Assembly: GCA_043826455.1 (NCBI GenBank)
Contig: JBDRQD010000015.1
Span: forward strand, 192,001-256,000
Source: Candidatus Bathyarchaeota archaeon
GTDB taxonomy: Archaea > Thermoproteota > Bathyarchaeia > TCS64
Length of the DNA: 64,000 nucleotides
Direction of reading: 5' to 3'
Shown: positions 37,608 through 47,537 of the stretch, in pieces
Layout of the letters: each line of letters opens with the position of its first letter
Position numbering within the stretch: position 1 is the stretch's first letter
Program-made: the position numbers and the translations under genes
Notes under the pieces: model-generated
The model's database searches: none
The model's input: the letters and a program-made list of their open reading frames with translations, nothing else
What the model was told of the DNA's origin: nothing

Positions 37608-39152
37608 CTACCTTTCAAGGATGAACTCCCTTGAGGGCGCTGTTGGCTTCCCGATGCGCTTCTTCAGCATGTCGTCCCCTACCTTCCGTCCCACCTCCAT
37701 GGGCCTCAGTGTCTCCAGCTGCTTCACGGCGGTGTCCAGCTTGGTGGCCGAGTCGCTGTATATCCTGAACATGGGCTTATCCATCTTCACCTTGTCTCCC
37801 GTCTTAGCGAATAGCCGTATCCCAGCGCCCTTGGCGGCGGGCGTCCCAGCAGCTCTGGCGATCTTGACCAGGTCCCTGTTGTTGAACCACAGTATCCTGC
37901 CGTCCATGGGCGCGGGCGCGTCATAGAAGTGCTTACCCGGGATCAGGTCCTCCGGCTTCACCTCGGGGTCGCCCCCCTGAGCCTCAATGATCTCCTTCAT
38001 CTTCTCCAAGGCCTTGCCCTTAGCGATGATGTCGTGAGCGAGCTGCTTGCCGTTCTCTTGGCCCACCATCTCGAACAAGATACCGGCCAGGTTGGTGGCC
38101 TTGTCCACTAGCTCGTGGGGGCCATCGCCGCACAGGGTCTCCAGGGCCTCCCGGGCCTCAAGGATGGGCCCTATGTTGTATCCTATGGGCTGGCTGCCCT
38201 CGGTGATGGCGCACTCTATCACCATGTCGAAGCGGCTGCCCAGCTCTATGAAGTCGCTGGCCAGCTGCTCGGCCTCGGCTATGGTCTTGATCTTGGCGTC
38301 CACCCCCACGGGAATGTCCACCACCACGTGAGTGCTGCCCATGGCCTTCTTCTTACTCATGATACTGGGGAGCAGCAGCGGGTCTATGCTGAGGGGATAC
38401 TCTATCCTGATGAAGAGGTCATCAGCTGGGGCCAGGTCTATGCTGCCCCCCCACACGATGCAGGCGCCCACGCGTTTGACTATACCCATTATCTCGTCGA
38501 AGGGCACGCTCACAGGCGCCAGGGCCTCCATCCTGTCCGCGGTGCCGGCGGGGCTGGTGATGGCCCTGCTGCTGCTCTTGGGGATGGTGTATCCCGCGGC
38601 GGCCACGATGGGGGTCACCACCAGGGTGGTCTTGTCCCCCGGGACGCCGCCGATGCTGTGCTTGTCCAGGATGGGGCTTCTGTCGAAGCTGATGGTCTTG
38701 CCGCTCCAGATCATGGCGCGGCTGAGGGCCTCCACCTCCTCCATGCTGACCCCGTGGATGTGGAGGGAGGTGACGAAGGCGGCCATCTCTATGTCGCTCA
38801 GGTGACGCTCGACGACATCGCCCACGATGCGCTGTATCTTCCAGGGCGTGAGCCTCTCCCCGTTCACCTTCTCCCTGATGAAGTCCAGGCTCTCGGGGCG
38901 CCTGGCGGGCTCGACCCTCAGGGTGTCACCCTTCTTGAGGTTTAGCCTCTTGGTGACCTCCTTGTATACGCCGAGCTCCCCCTTCACCCCGTTGGAGCTT
39001 ATGTTCAGTATGCACACGGCGTGCTTGTCCTTGTGGCGCAGGAAGACGCGGTCGCTACTATTGACGCTCAGGTCCGCGGCGTCCTGCCTGTTTAATACTA
39101 CTACTAGTGGTCCGCCTGCCTCTATTTCCAGGGGTGTCGCTGTCAGTTCCAT
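37608..39152 (-). CDS. AMP phosphorylase
   Basis: N-terminal beta-barrel extension, DKHSIGGVPG.K, PKSSSRAITSPAGTAD, SIMSKKKA.G, IDIPVG-like motif; clustered with RuBisCO. Confidence 0.93.
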   Translation of the reverse strand: MELTATPLEIEAGGPLVVVLNRQDAADLSVNSSDRVFLRHKDKHAVCILNISSNGVKGELGVYKEVTKRLNLKKGDTLRVEPARRPESLDFIREKVNGERLTPWKIQRIVGDVVERHLSDIEMAAFVTSLHIHGVSMEEVEALSRAMIWSGKTISFDRSPILDKHSIGGVPGDKTTLVVTPIVAAAGYTIPKSSSRAITSPAGTADRMEALAPVSVPFDEIMGIVKRVGACIVWGGSIDLAPADDLFIRIEYPLSIDPLLLPSIMSKKKAMGSTHVVVDIPVGVDAKIKTIAEAEQLASDFIELGSRFDMVIECAITEGSQPIGYNIGPILEAREALETLCGDGPHELVDKATNLAGILFEMVGQENGKQLAHDIIAKGKALEKMKEIIEAQGGDPEVKPEDLIPGKHFYDAPAPMDGRILWFNNRDLVKIARAAGTPAAKGAGIRLFAKTGDKVKMDKPMFRIYSDSATKLDTAVKQLETLRPMEVGRKVGDDMLKKRIGKPTAPSREFILER

Positions 39153-39233
39153 GGCCTGCCCTCAGAACATGGAAGTATGGTCGAGTAAAGCTAAAAATAT
39201 GGTGGATTCCTAGCTCATCTTGGATGCGTTTCT

Positions 39234-40460
39234 ATGCGCTACATCGACTTCGTGGACAAAGAATACCGGCCAAAGGACACCGACCTCCTGTGCAGGTTCC
39301 GCCTGGAGCCCCTGGAACAGCCCTTCGACGTCATAGCTGGGGGCGTGGCGGCTGAGAGCAGCGTCGGCACCTGGACGGAGCTGAGCACCGAGAAGCCCTA
39401 CATGGCGGACAAGGCCGCCAAGGTCTACAGGATCGAGGGTAAAATTATCGACATCGCGTATCCTGTGGAGCTCTTCGAGCCGGGGAACATGCCCAACATC
39501 CTCAGTAGCGTCGCCGGCAACGTCTTCGGCCTGGAGGACATCAAGTACCTCAGACTCAACGACATAACCTTCCCCCGGACGCTGGTGAAGAGCTTCAAGG
39601 GGCCAAGGTACGGGATCAAGGGCGTCAGGGAAGTCACCCGCATCAAGGACAGGCCCCTTGTCGGCACCATCATTAAGCCCAAGCTGGGCCTCAACACCGC
39701 GGACCACGCCCAGGTGGCCTACGACGCTTGGAGTGGCGGCTGCGACGTGGTGAAGGACGACGAGAACCTGAGCAGCCAGAGGTTCAACCCCTTCGAGGAG
39801 AGGGTCGTCCAGACCTTGGAGGCTAGGGACAGGGCCGAGTCTGAGACCGGGGAGCGGAAGGTGTACATGGCCAACGTGACGGCTGAGGTGGAGGAGATGA
39901 AGCGCCGCGCTCAGTACCTGGAGGACCACGGAGGAAGGTACATGATGATCGACATCCTCACCACCGGGTGGAGCAGCCTCCAGACCATGAGGGACGCGGG
40001 ATTCAACCTGGTCCTCCATGCCCACAGGGCCGGCCACGCCGCCTTCACCAGAAGCACAGTCCACGGGATCAGCATGGTGGTCCTGGCCAAGGTGGCCAGG
40101 CTGCTGGGGGTAGATCAGCTCCACGTGGGTACCGCCGTGGGTAAGATGGCGGAGACTGAGGAGGAGGTCAGGGCGAATATCGCGGCCTGCAAGGAGCCGC
40201 TTCACGGCGTCAAGCCGGTGCTACCCGTGGCCAGCGGGGGCCTACACCCCGGAATGGTGCCTGCGCTCATGGAGATATTCGGCGAGGACGTGGTCATCCA
40301 GCTGGGCGGCGGAATCCACGGCCACCCCGACGGCACCGTCAAGGGGGCGACGGCTGCGAGGCAGGCCGTGGACGCAGTCCTCAGAGGATACACGCTGAAG
40401 GATTACGCCAAGGACCACCCTGAGCTTGCCCGAGCCCTCACCAAGTGGAAAGAAATCTAG
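39234..40460 (+). CDS. rbcL: Form III ribulose-1,5-bisphosphate carboxylase
   Basis: AAESSVGTWT, AGNVFG, GTIIKPKLG, VVKDDEN, HAHRAGH, HVGT.VGKM, ASGG, GGGIHGHP. Confidence 0.95.
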   Translation: MRYIDFVDKEYRPKDTDLLCRFRLEPLEQPFDVIAGGVAAESSVGTWTELSTEKPYMADKAAKVYRIEGKIIDIAYPVELFEPGNMPNILSSVAGNVFGLEDIKYLRLNDITFPRTLVKSFKGPRYGIKGVREVTRIKDRPLVGTIIKPKLGLNTADHAQVAYDAWSGGCDVVKDDENLSSQRFNPFEERVVQTLEARDRAESETGERKVYMANVTAEVEEMKRRAQYLEDHGGRYMMIDILTTGWSSLQTMRDAGFNLVLHAHRAGHAAFTRSTVHGISMVVLAKVARLLGVDQLHVGTAVGKMAETEEEVRANIAACKEPLHGVKPVLPVASGGLHPGMVPALMEIFGEDVVIQLGGGIHGHPDGTVKGATAARQAVDAVLRGYTLKDYAKDHPELARALTKWKEI

Positions 40461-40500
40461 GCTCTATCAGCTAAGAAAACTGGCATAGAACGCCCCTTTT

Positions 40501-41412
40501 TCACTTGTCCAGTATCCAAGGGTAGTGCCTGTGAATGGCTTCCAGGATGCTGTGGGGGCTGATGATGCCCTCCTCCGTGATGATCCCGTGGATGTAGTCG
40601 CGGCGCGTCACGTCGAAGGCCGGGTTCCTGATCTTCAAGCCCTCCGGCGGAGCGTCCCATATCTCTCCCGTCTTCCTCTCCTCTATGGCCTCGTACTCGC
40701 CGTGGATGGTCACAGGGTCGAACTTGAGGAGCGTGCCCACAACGTAGAAGGGCACCCTGGCCTCGCCGGCCGCCAGGGCCACTTGGCTGGTGCCTATCTT
40801 GTTGATGACGTTGCCCTCGCTGGTGATAGCGTCGCATCCCACAACCACGAAGTCTATCTCCTTCATGTAGTGGCGGGCCGCCGAGTCCACGATCATGGTG
40901 GTGTCGATGCCCGCCTCCACCAGCTCCACGGCCGTTATCCGTCCCTGGTACTTGGGCCGGGTCTCCGTCTGTATCACCCTGAACCGCTTACCCTGCCTGT
41001 GAGCCTCGATAAGGGTGGCAGTCACCGCACTGCTGTGGCAGTGGGTGAGGATGGTGTTGCCGTCCCTGACCCTCCTTGAGCCGATCTCCACTATCCTTCG
41101 CTGGCTCTCCCTGAAGTGGCCCATTATCTCATTAGAGACCCTTCTAACCGTCGCCTTGAAGACTGCCCCGTCGCCCCAATCCTTGGGGACGTGTGTCTGC
41201 ATATACCTGAGGCCGTTCCTGAGCATGGGCTCGGTTTCCCTGGCCTCCACCAGCTCATGGACCCCCTCATCCAATGCCCTGGAGGCCTCTGCGGAGCTCT
41301 GCGCATCCAGCAGCTCCTTTGTGAGTGCGTCCACGGCGGACAAGGCGATCTTAGTGGCTCCCTGTATCTCCAGGCGCTCGATCTTCCCCGCGGTGTCAGT
41401 TATCCACTTCAA
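40501..41412 (-). CDS. Ribose-1,5-bisphosphate isomerase (eIF2B-alpha-like)
   Basis: EIQGATKIA, R.TEPM.RN, LTHCHSS, ETRP.YQG, VGCDAIT, NKIGT, NPAFDVT. Confidence 0.92.
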   Translation of the reverse strand: MKWITDTAGKIERLEIQGATKIALSAVDALTKELLDAQSSAEASRALDEGVHELVEARETEPMLRNGLRYMQTHVPKDWGDGAVFKATVRRVSNEIMGHFRESQRRIVEIGSRRVRDGNTILTHCHSSAVTATLIEAHRQGKRFRVIQTETRPKYQGRITAVELVEAGIDTTMIVDSAARHYMKEIDFVVVGCDAITSEGNVINKIGTSQVALAAGEARVPFYVVGTLLKFDPVTIHGEYEAIEERKTGEIWDAPPEGLKIRNPAFDVTRRDYIHGIITEEGIISPHSILEAIHRHYPWILDK

Positions 41413-41629
41413 GGCCCATCAAATGATCAGGAGCCGCCTCCGTTTTTAAGACTTGGCGAGACTCCAAATCCACATACATTTTGTTGTGCGTATTATTGAG
41501 GGAGAGTTGTCATCTGAGGAGGAATGATGAAGGAAACCTTTATAAGCGGCCGTTCGGAATCAAACTACAAGAAGTATGGGTAAAATACCCATAATATGTG
41601 GTTTTTAACAGCAAACCAAGGTGAATGAG

Positions 41630-42580
41630 ATGAAAAACAACAACATCCAGGAAGAGGAGACTAACTCCTGCCCGTCATGCGGGGGCACGAGGATAGTCAG
41701 TGACAGGGTCACAGGCGAGAAGGTGTGCGCACAGTGCGGCATGGTGGTCACAGACACTGAACTGAACACGGGCCCAGAGTACAGGGTATTCAACCTCCAG
41801 GAGGAGGACCGCAGAAGAACCGGGACAGGGTACAGCTACACGCTCTACGACAAGGGGCTCTCCACGGTCATCAAGGGCGACAGGGACGCCCAGGGCAACA
41901 GGCTCGACTACGAGACCCAGCGGCGGATGAGGCGGCTCCAGCGCCAGGACAACCGCAGCAAAGTCAACGAGACCCAGGCCAGGAACCTGAGTATAGCCAT
42001 GTCGGAGCTGGACAGGATGAGTTCAGAGCTCCACCTACCTAATAGCGTTAAGGAGCAGGCCGCCTTCGTGTACAGGAGGGCCCTAAAGAAGGACCTGATC
42101 AGGGGTCGGAGCATTGATGCCTTCGTTGCAGCCAGCGTCTACGCGGCGTGTAGAGTCCTGAAGGTGCCCAGACCACTGAAGGTTATAACGGCGGCCAGCC
42201 CAAGGGAGCACAGCGAAGTGGCCATGACCTACAGGCTTCTGCTAAAGGAGCTGAAGATACGGCCCCCGGTGGATGGTCCATACAAGTTTGTCCCCAGCAT
42301 AGCGTCTAAGCTGAACGTTAGGCAGCCTACTGAGAGGCTGGCCGTCGAGATACTCCGAAAGGCCGCCGAGAAGAAAGGTCTTACGGGAAAGGACCCGAGA
42401 GGCCTGGCAGCAGCCGCCCTCTACATGGCCTGTCAGGAGAACAACGACCGGCGCGTACAGAGGGTGATAGCTGAGGCCGCGGGCACCACAGAGGTCACCC
42501 TGCGCAACAGGTATCGTGGTCTCAAGGAGGTCCTAGACGATCTGCCTGAGCTGGACGTTCCGGCCCCGGTCGTCCATTAA
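41630..42580 (+). CDS. tfb: Transcription initiation factor IIB (probably a secondary paralog)
   Basis: Zn ribbon CPSC..CAQC, GPEYRVF, DKGLST, two cyclin repeats (GRSI, GKDPRGLAAAALY, TEVTLRNRY). Confidence 0.93.
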   Translation: MKNNNIQEEETNSCPSCGGTRIVSDRVTGEKVCAQCGMVVTDTELNTGPEYRVFNLQEEDRRRTGTGYSYTLYDKGLSTVIKGDRDAQGNRLDYETQRRMRRLQRQDNRSKVNETQARNLSIAMSELDRMSSELHLPNSVKEQAAFVYRRALKKDLIRGRSIDAFVAASVYAACRVLKVPRPLKVITAASPREHSEVAMTYRLLLKELKIRPPVDGPYKFVPSIASKLNVRQPTERLAVEILRKAAEKKGLTGKDPRGLAAAALYMACQENNDRRVQRVIAEAAGTTEVTLRNRYRGLKEVLDDLPELDVPAPVVH

Positions 42581-42614
42581 AACATCAAGTTTTTTCATCT
42601 AGCCCTTTTCCTAT

Positions 42615-43787
42615 ATGGGTATGCTTCAGGCTCAGTCCAGGGAACGGTCTCTCCTACTGCTGATGGTAACTCAGCTCTCCACGGGCTTCAGCATGGGCAT
42701 CATCGAGCCCATTCTGAGTCTCTACGTCAGGAGCCGAGGCCTCACCATCATGGAGGTGGGCCTCCTAGGGACCGCGTCCATGCTGGGCTGGTTCATTTTC
42801 GAGCCCATAATGGGGGTCGTGGCCGACAGCGTCAGGAAACGCACCATGATGGTGGTAGCAATAATCGGCGCCACAGTCATCTACGCAGTGTACCCATTCG
42901 CCACGACCCTGACCCACTTCGCACTACTGGGGTTTGCACGCAGTTCTGTGATGTCCGCCTACTCGATCCCCGTCAAGGCACTCACGGCCGAGCTCCTACC
43001 CCGCCAGGACCGAGGACGGGCCTACGGACGCTTCATGACTGTGGTGAGCCTGGGAGGGATGATAGCCCCTTTGATCGGTGGGTTCATCTCCCAGGCGTCA
43101 GGCTACCTTGTCCCATTCTACGCCTCGGCCGCCGTCGGCCTCGTCGGGTTGACAGCCATAACGGCCATAAGGCACGACGACAGGCCCCAGGAGGGCGGCG
43201 CAGCGCTGAGGGGGTGGAGGGATATCCTCACTGCGCCCGTGCTCAGCGTGTTCAGCGTCAGGGGCATCTTCTTCGTGAACTCCGGGTTCCGCTCCAGCTT
43301 CCTCCCCATATACCTCAACGAGTCACCCCTCTTCAACGCCTCCGAGGCACAGATAGGGGCCTTCTTCACCCTGGTAAGGCTCTCCGGCGCCGTGAGCAGA
43401 TCCATGATAGGCGACCTGTGTGACAGGCTCGGCAACAGGCTGATGATAGTGGCCTCGGTGGCCATGCTCGGGGTGAGCTACGGGGCCCTGCTTATTGGTG
43501 GAGGCGTTTGGGTCATGTACGCAGTAGCCTTGGTGCAGGGCGTCTCTATGGCCGCGGCCGACACGGGCATGATGCTTCACCTCATCTCCGTCATGCCGGC
43601 GGGGAGAACCGGGGTGGTCATGGGGATGTACAGCGAGGCCGAGAACATCGGCGGACTGATCTCGACGCCCACCCTGGGCTACCTTTACGAGAACATCGGG
43701 GCAGGCTCATCGCTGGCAGCGGTGGCCGCCGCCATGTGCCTGAACGCGTTACTGGCTTATCTGGTGATAAGGAAGAAGGAGGACTAG
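42615..43787 (+). CDS. MFS transporter
   Basis: About 12 TM segments, GVVADSVRKR, GDLCDRLGNR. Confidence 0.9.
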   Translation: MGMLQAQSRERSLLLLMVTQLSTGFSMGIIEPILSLYVRSRGLTIMEVGLLGTASMLGWFIFEPIMGVVADSVRKRTMMVVAIIGATVIYAVYPFATTLTHFALLGFARSSVMSAYSIPVKALTAELLPRQDRGRAYGRFMTVVSLGGMIAPLIGGFISQASGYLVPFYASAAVGLVGLTAITAIRHDDRPQEGGAALRGWRDILTAPVLSVFSVRGIFFVNSGFRSSFLPIYLNESPLFNASEAQIGAFFTLVRLSGAVSRSMIGDLCDRLGNRLMIVASVAMLGVSYGALLIGGGVWVMYAVALVQGVSMAAADTGMMLHLISVMPAGRTGVVMGMYSEAENIGGLISTPTLGYLYENIGAGSSLAAVAAAMCLNALLAYLVIRKKED

Positions 43788-44503
43788 GCGCCCTTGGGCA
43801 GGTGTATAGCTATCCTGCAGACGTCATCCCCGTGCATCACCGTCTCCAGGACCTCCACCTCCACAGGCTCCCCTAAGATGTACTCCCAGATGCCCTTGTA
43901 GAACCCTGAGCCGCAGTAGCAGTAGGTCTTGCTCAGGGGCTCACCTCCGTCCTTGATTATGTCCCTTACCCTGGGGCAGTGACAGTAGTGGAACCTCCTG
44001 GCTTCGGGGTCCTCCTCGGCCCAGTAGGCGGGCCAGTCGAAGGGCATCTTGGTTGCTATGATGGTGCTCCCCTTGCGTACACCCGCCACGCCCCAGCCCC
44101 TCTCCTCTATGCCTTCGACCTCCTCGTCGCTCAGATTCAGGAAGCCCTTGGTGTTCTCCAGGAACTGCTCCTGAAGCATGACGTGGACCCTGTCGATGTC
44201 CCCCGTCTCCCGATAGACGCTTCTCATCTCAGCGAGCCGGGGCTTAGGGTACTGGCACGCGCACCCGGTCATGACGTCAGCCGCCTTCCCAGGGTCTATC
44301 TTCTCAAGGCGGCCCAGTAGGGCTCTCGTCCACTCGATGACCTGGGGGCCGGTGTCCTCGGGTTGGTGTTCGGCGCCCTCCATGACGCTCTCGGCGTGGT
44401 CCGGGAGGCGCTCCTCCAGGCACCTGTTGAGCTTGGCGAGCCACTGTTTCTCGAATCCGGGACTCGGACCCCCCTTCTCGAAGTCGTACTGGTCTGCTGG
44501 CAT
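43784..44503 (-). CDS. Cys-rich V4R-like protein (DUF6144-like)
   Basis: GCAC, YCHCP, YCYCGSGFYK.IWE..LG.PV.VEVLETV..GDD.CR. Confidence 0.7.
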   Translation of the reverse strand: MPADQYDFEKGGPSPGFEKQWLAKLNRCLEERLPDHAESVMEGAEHQPEDTGPQVIEWTRALLGRLEKIDPGKAADVMTGCACQYPKPRLAEMRSVYRETGDIDRVHVMLQEQFLENTKGFLNLSDEEVEGIEERGWGVAGVRKGSTIIATKMPFDWPAYWAEEDPEARRFHYCHCPRVRDIIKDGGEPLSKTYCYCGSGFYKGIWEYILGEPVEVEVLETVMHGDDVCRIAIHLPKGA

Positions 44504-44591
44504 GTGTGCTCCTTACGTCTCCGGTTGTTAAAGTGTTTGTACTGAGGTTTTACGTTTTTTCATGATCCTTCTTAGGGCTCATTGAGAGCCC

Positions 44592-45734
44592 TCAAATACC
44601 CTTGTTGTCGATGACCGCCACTTGTAGCACAGCCGCAGCCAGGAACCCCACAAGCCCCAGGGCGAAGATCACGTTCCTCCAGCCCGCAGCCATGAGCAGT
44701 AGGCCCCCCAAGCCGGTCCCCAGAGCGTACCCCAGGTTCGTGGCCACACTACTCACACTCGTCATGGTCCCCCTCTGGCCCGGGGACTGCTCCAGGATGA
44801 GGGCGTTGAAGGCGCTGAACCTGAAGGAGTCAAAGAGGTGCCCGACGAGGATGAAGGCCACGCACGTCCACAGGGACGGGGCGGCCCCCATGAGCAAGGT
44901 GAAGAGGCTGAAGCCGGCCACCCCCAAGATGGTCACATTCTTCCTACCAAACCTGTTCACCAAGCCTCCGGTGACGTAGCTGCCCGGCATGAAGAAGAGA
45001 GCGGTGGCCGCGTACACCAGCCCCGTGGTGGCCACGGAGGCGCCGTGCCACTCCTGCAGGTAGCTAAAGCTGTACAGGTAGAGGCCCTGAATGGAGGCGT
45101 TGGCCAGCACCACGGCGAGGAGACAGAACAAGGCTGACGCGCTCCCAGCGATCTCCCTGAAGCCGGTTAGTAGGCCAACCTTCTCCGTCCTCAGCGGCGT
45201 CGATGGCAGCCACCGCAGGCACGCTATTAGCCCCATGGCCGACATGGTCCCGGCGAAGGCCAAGAAGGGGAGCCTCCACCCGCCCACGCCTGCTATGAAG
45301 CTGGTCAGGGCGCCCCCGATGAGGAAGCCGAAGCCCCCGGCCACGCCCAGGTACCCGAGCACGTATCCTCTGCGCTCCAGCGGGTAGTACTCCGCCACCA
45401 GCGTGTTGGTCATGGGGAAGACCATGGCGACCCCGAGGCCGCTCAGCCCCACTGCCAGCGTCAGAGCCTCCAGGTCCGGGGCCAGGAACCCGCCCAGGCT
45501 CGACGCCAGTAGCAGGGCGAGCCCCGCCTGTAGGATGCGCCTTGGCTGGTGCCTGGTGGCGAGGGCGCCGACGGCCAGCCCCCCGATGATGGCCGCAACA
45601 CTTGATGCAGTCCTCATCTGGGCGGCTACCGCCACGGGCACTCCCAGGCTCTGGCTGATCTCCACCAGAAGGACGCTGGTGACTATGATTATGGGGTACG
45701 TGCTGAAGCTGGATGCGAGAAGCGCCGGCAACAC
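44592..45734 (-). CDS. MFS transporter
   Basis: Hydrophobic 12-TM pattern, YPLERRG, GGWRLPF, LVNRFGRK. Confidence 0.88.
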   Translation of the reverse strand: MLPALLASSFSTYPIIIVTSVLLVEISQSLGVPVAVAAQMRTASSVAAIIGGLAVGALATRHQPRRILQAGLALLLASSLGGFLAPDLEALTLAVGLSGLGVAMVFPMTNTLVAEYYPLERRGYVLGYLGVAGGFGFLIGGALTSFIAGVGGWRLPFLAFAGTMSAMGLIACLRWLPSTPLRTEKVGLLTGFREIAGSASALFCLLAVVLANASIQGLYLYSFSYLQEWHGASVATTGLVYAATALFFMPGSYVTGGLVNRFGRKNVTILGVAGFSLFTLLMGAAPSLWTCVAFILVGHLFDSFRFSAFNALILEQSPGQRGTMTSVSSVATNLGYALGTGLGGLLLMAAGWRNVIFALGLVGFLAAAVLQVAVIDNKGI

Positions 45735-45933
45735 GAGTTTGTCTTTCTCCGTGAACTCCGCCCTTCACCTTCATAACATGTTGGCGTTGTTATCATTTTC
45801 CTACATCCACCTGTATTGGAAACGTTTTGGTGGGCTATTGGTTTAAACCCAATACCGGCTCCTTTTCGGTGAAAGAGGCGTAAAAAGGGATTATCCAGAA
45901 AGACGTATATTTCCCCACACACCCCATGGTTGC

Positions 45934-46779
45934 ATGACTCCCCAGTTCATCGCTGAGGCGCTGCTGATAGCCCTGGGCTCAGGCTTCCTGGGCGCACTCC
46001 TGGGTCTGGGCGGCGGCGTGATCATGGTCCCCATCCTGGTGTTCGTCCTGGGGCTCCCCATCCACATCGCCGCCGGGGCCAGCATAGTGGCGGTGGTTGC
46101 AACCAGCAGCGCCTCGGCCAGCGTCTACGTGAGAGACGAGATCACCAACATGCGGCTGGGCATGTTCCTGGAGCTGGCCACGACCCTGGGAGCCGTCACG
46201 GGAGCCGGGCTCATGGCGGGCGCCAGCGAGTCGGCCCTGAAGACGGTGTTCGGGGCGACCCTCCTCTACGCCTCGGGGGTGATGTGGCACCAGATGAGAA
46301 GCACGGGGAGGAGCTGGGTTCCCATGCCCAACGACCATGTGGCCGAGAGGCTGAAGCTGGGCAGCAGCTACTATGACGCTGCCCGTGGGGAGGAGATCAG
46401 CTACGGCGTGTCCAGGTCTCTACCCACCTTTGTCATCAGCTACATAGCCGGGGTGGTCTCTGGCCTCCTAGGCATCGGGGGAGGAGGCATCAAGGTGCCC
46501 GCCATGAACGTGGTTAGTGGTGTGCCCATGAAGGCGGCCGTGGCCACCAGCAACTTCATGATAGGGGTCACGGCCGCGGCCAGCGCCCTGGTCTACATCA
46601 GGCACGGGTTCGTCGACAGCTTCGTCACGGCGCCGGTGGTGCTGGGGACCCTGGCCGGGAGCCTAATCGGAGCACGGGTGGCCCTGCGGGTCCGGGGCGT
46701 AGTCTTGAAGAGGGTGTTCATAGTCTTGCTGCTGTTGCTGGGACTCAGGATGATGGCCTCGGGGGTGGGGCTGATATGA
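45934..46779 (+). CDS. TauE/SafE-family (sulfite exporter-like) membrane protein
   Basis: GALLGLGGGVIMVP and SGLLGIGGGGIKVP repeats, AVATSNFMIGVT. Confidence 0.92.
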   Translation: MTPQFIAEALLIALGSGFLGALLGLGGGVIMVPILVFVLGLPIHIAAGASIVAVVATSSASASVYVRDEITNMRLGMFLELATTLGAVTGAGLMAGASESALKTVFGATLLYASGVMWHQMRSTGRSWVPMPNDHVAERLKLGSSYYDAARGEEISYGVSRSLPTFVISYIAGVVSGLLGIGGGGIKVPAMNVVSGVPMKAAVATSNFMIGVTAAASALVYIRHGFVDSFVTAPVVLGTLAGSLIGARVALRVRGVVLKRVFIVLLLLLGLRMMASGVGLI

Positions 46780-47117
46780 GCATTCGCAGGATGGAGCTCT
46801 TCGTGTCCAGGCTACTCCGCCTCGGCGTCCTCTTGTGCGGAGTCACCATGGCCCTGGGCCTAGGCCTGCTCTGGTGGTCGGGAGACACCAGCAGCCCCTT
46901 CGGCGTCCTGTCCGTTGACTGGGTTCTGCTGGGTGACCCGTTCCTTCAGCCAAGCCACGTGCTGTTCCTGGGGTTCCTTATCCTGGTGGCGACGCCGGTA
47001 ATGAGGGTCGCCGCCAGCGTCGCCAACTACGTCTCTGAGGGGGACTGGGTCTACGCGGCCATCACGGGGACAGTGCTCGTCATTCTGGTGGCGGGCATGT
47101 TCCTGGGTCTAGGATGA
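46776..47117 (+). CDS. DUF1634-like membrane protein, partner of TauE
   Basis: SRLLRLGV, GFLILVATPVMRV, DWVY; 4-nt overlap with the TauE gene. Confidence 0.8.
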   Translation: MSIRRMELFVSRLLRLGVLLCGVTMALGLGLLWWSGDTSSPFGVLSVDWVLLGDPFLQPSHVLFLGFLILVATPVMRVAASVANYVSEGDWVYAAITGTVLVILVAGMFLGLG

Positions 47118-47181
47118 CCGGCTGACAGAGCCAGAACATCTCCTAGTAAAGAAAGGATGCGTGTAGAAGGTACCTGAAGTG

Positions 47182-47427
47182 TCAGAAGGCTGGAGCCATC
47201 CCAATGCCTGGCACGGCCAGAGCATAGCTCTGGGTGGCCGCCTCGTAGATGACTGCTCCCTGGGCAACGAGCTCACTGAGGGCCGCCCTTATCTGCCTCC
47301 TGGTGAGTGTGACGTGGAACTGGAGGTCCTCGACCCTGGCCCTGCCCTCCTCAAGGATGAGGGCGAGGGTTACCTTGTCGGAGTTGGTGATCCTGCGGAT
47401 GTGCTCCATACGATATCGCTGCGACAT
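47182..47427 (-). CDS. Small winged-helix DNA-binding protein
   Basis: LTRRQIRAALSELVAQGAV HTH/wing pattern. Confidence 0.6.
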   Translation of the reverse strand: MSQRYRMEHIRRITNSDKVTLALILEEGRARVEDLQFHVTLTRRQIRAALSELVAQGAVIYEAATQSYALAVPGIGMAPAF

Positions 47428-47537
47428 TGTCTCGCACCTTCAATATAACCTTAACGCTTTCTGTCGAACCTATGTTCTACGATTGACGAAGTCAGGCTGG
47501 TAAACGGTAAAAGCCCCCGGGGCACCTATACCCTGGC

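Noticed and set aside
39234..40460. Calvin-cycle autotrophy
   Set aside because: No phosphoribulokinase or small subunit is in the window, and the flanking genes indicate AMP/nucleoside salvage.
41505..41580. C/D box sRNA (ATGATGA at 41524-41530)
   Set aside because: No CTGA D box at a suitable distance downstream; better explained as the tfb promoter region.
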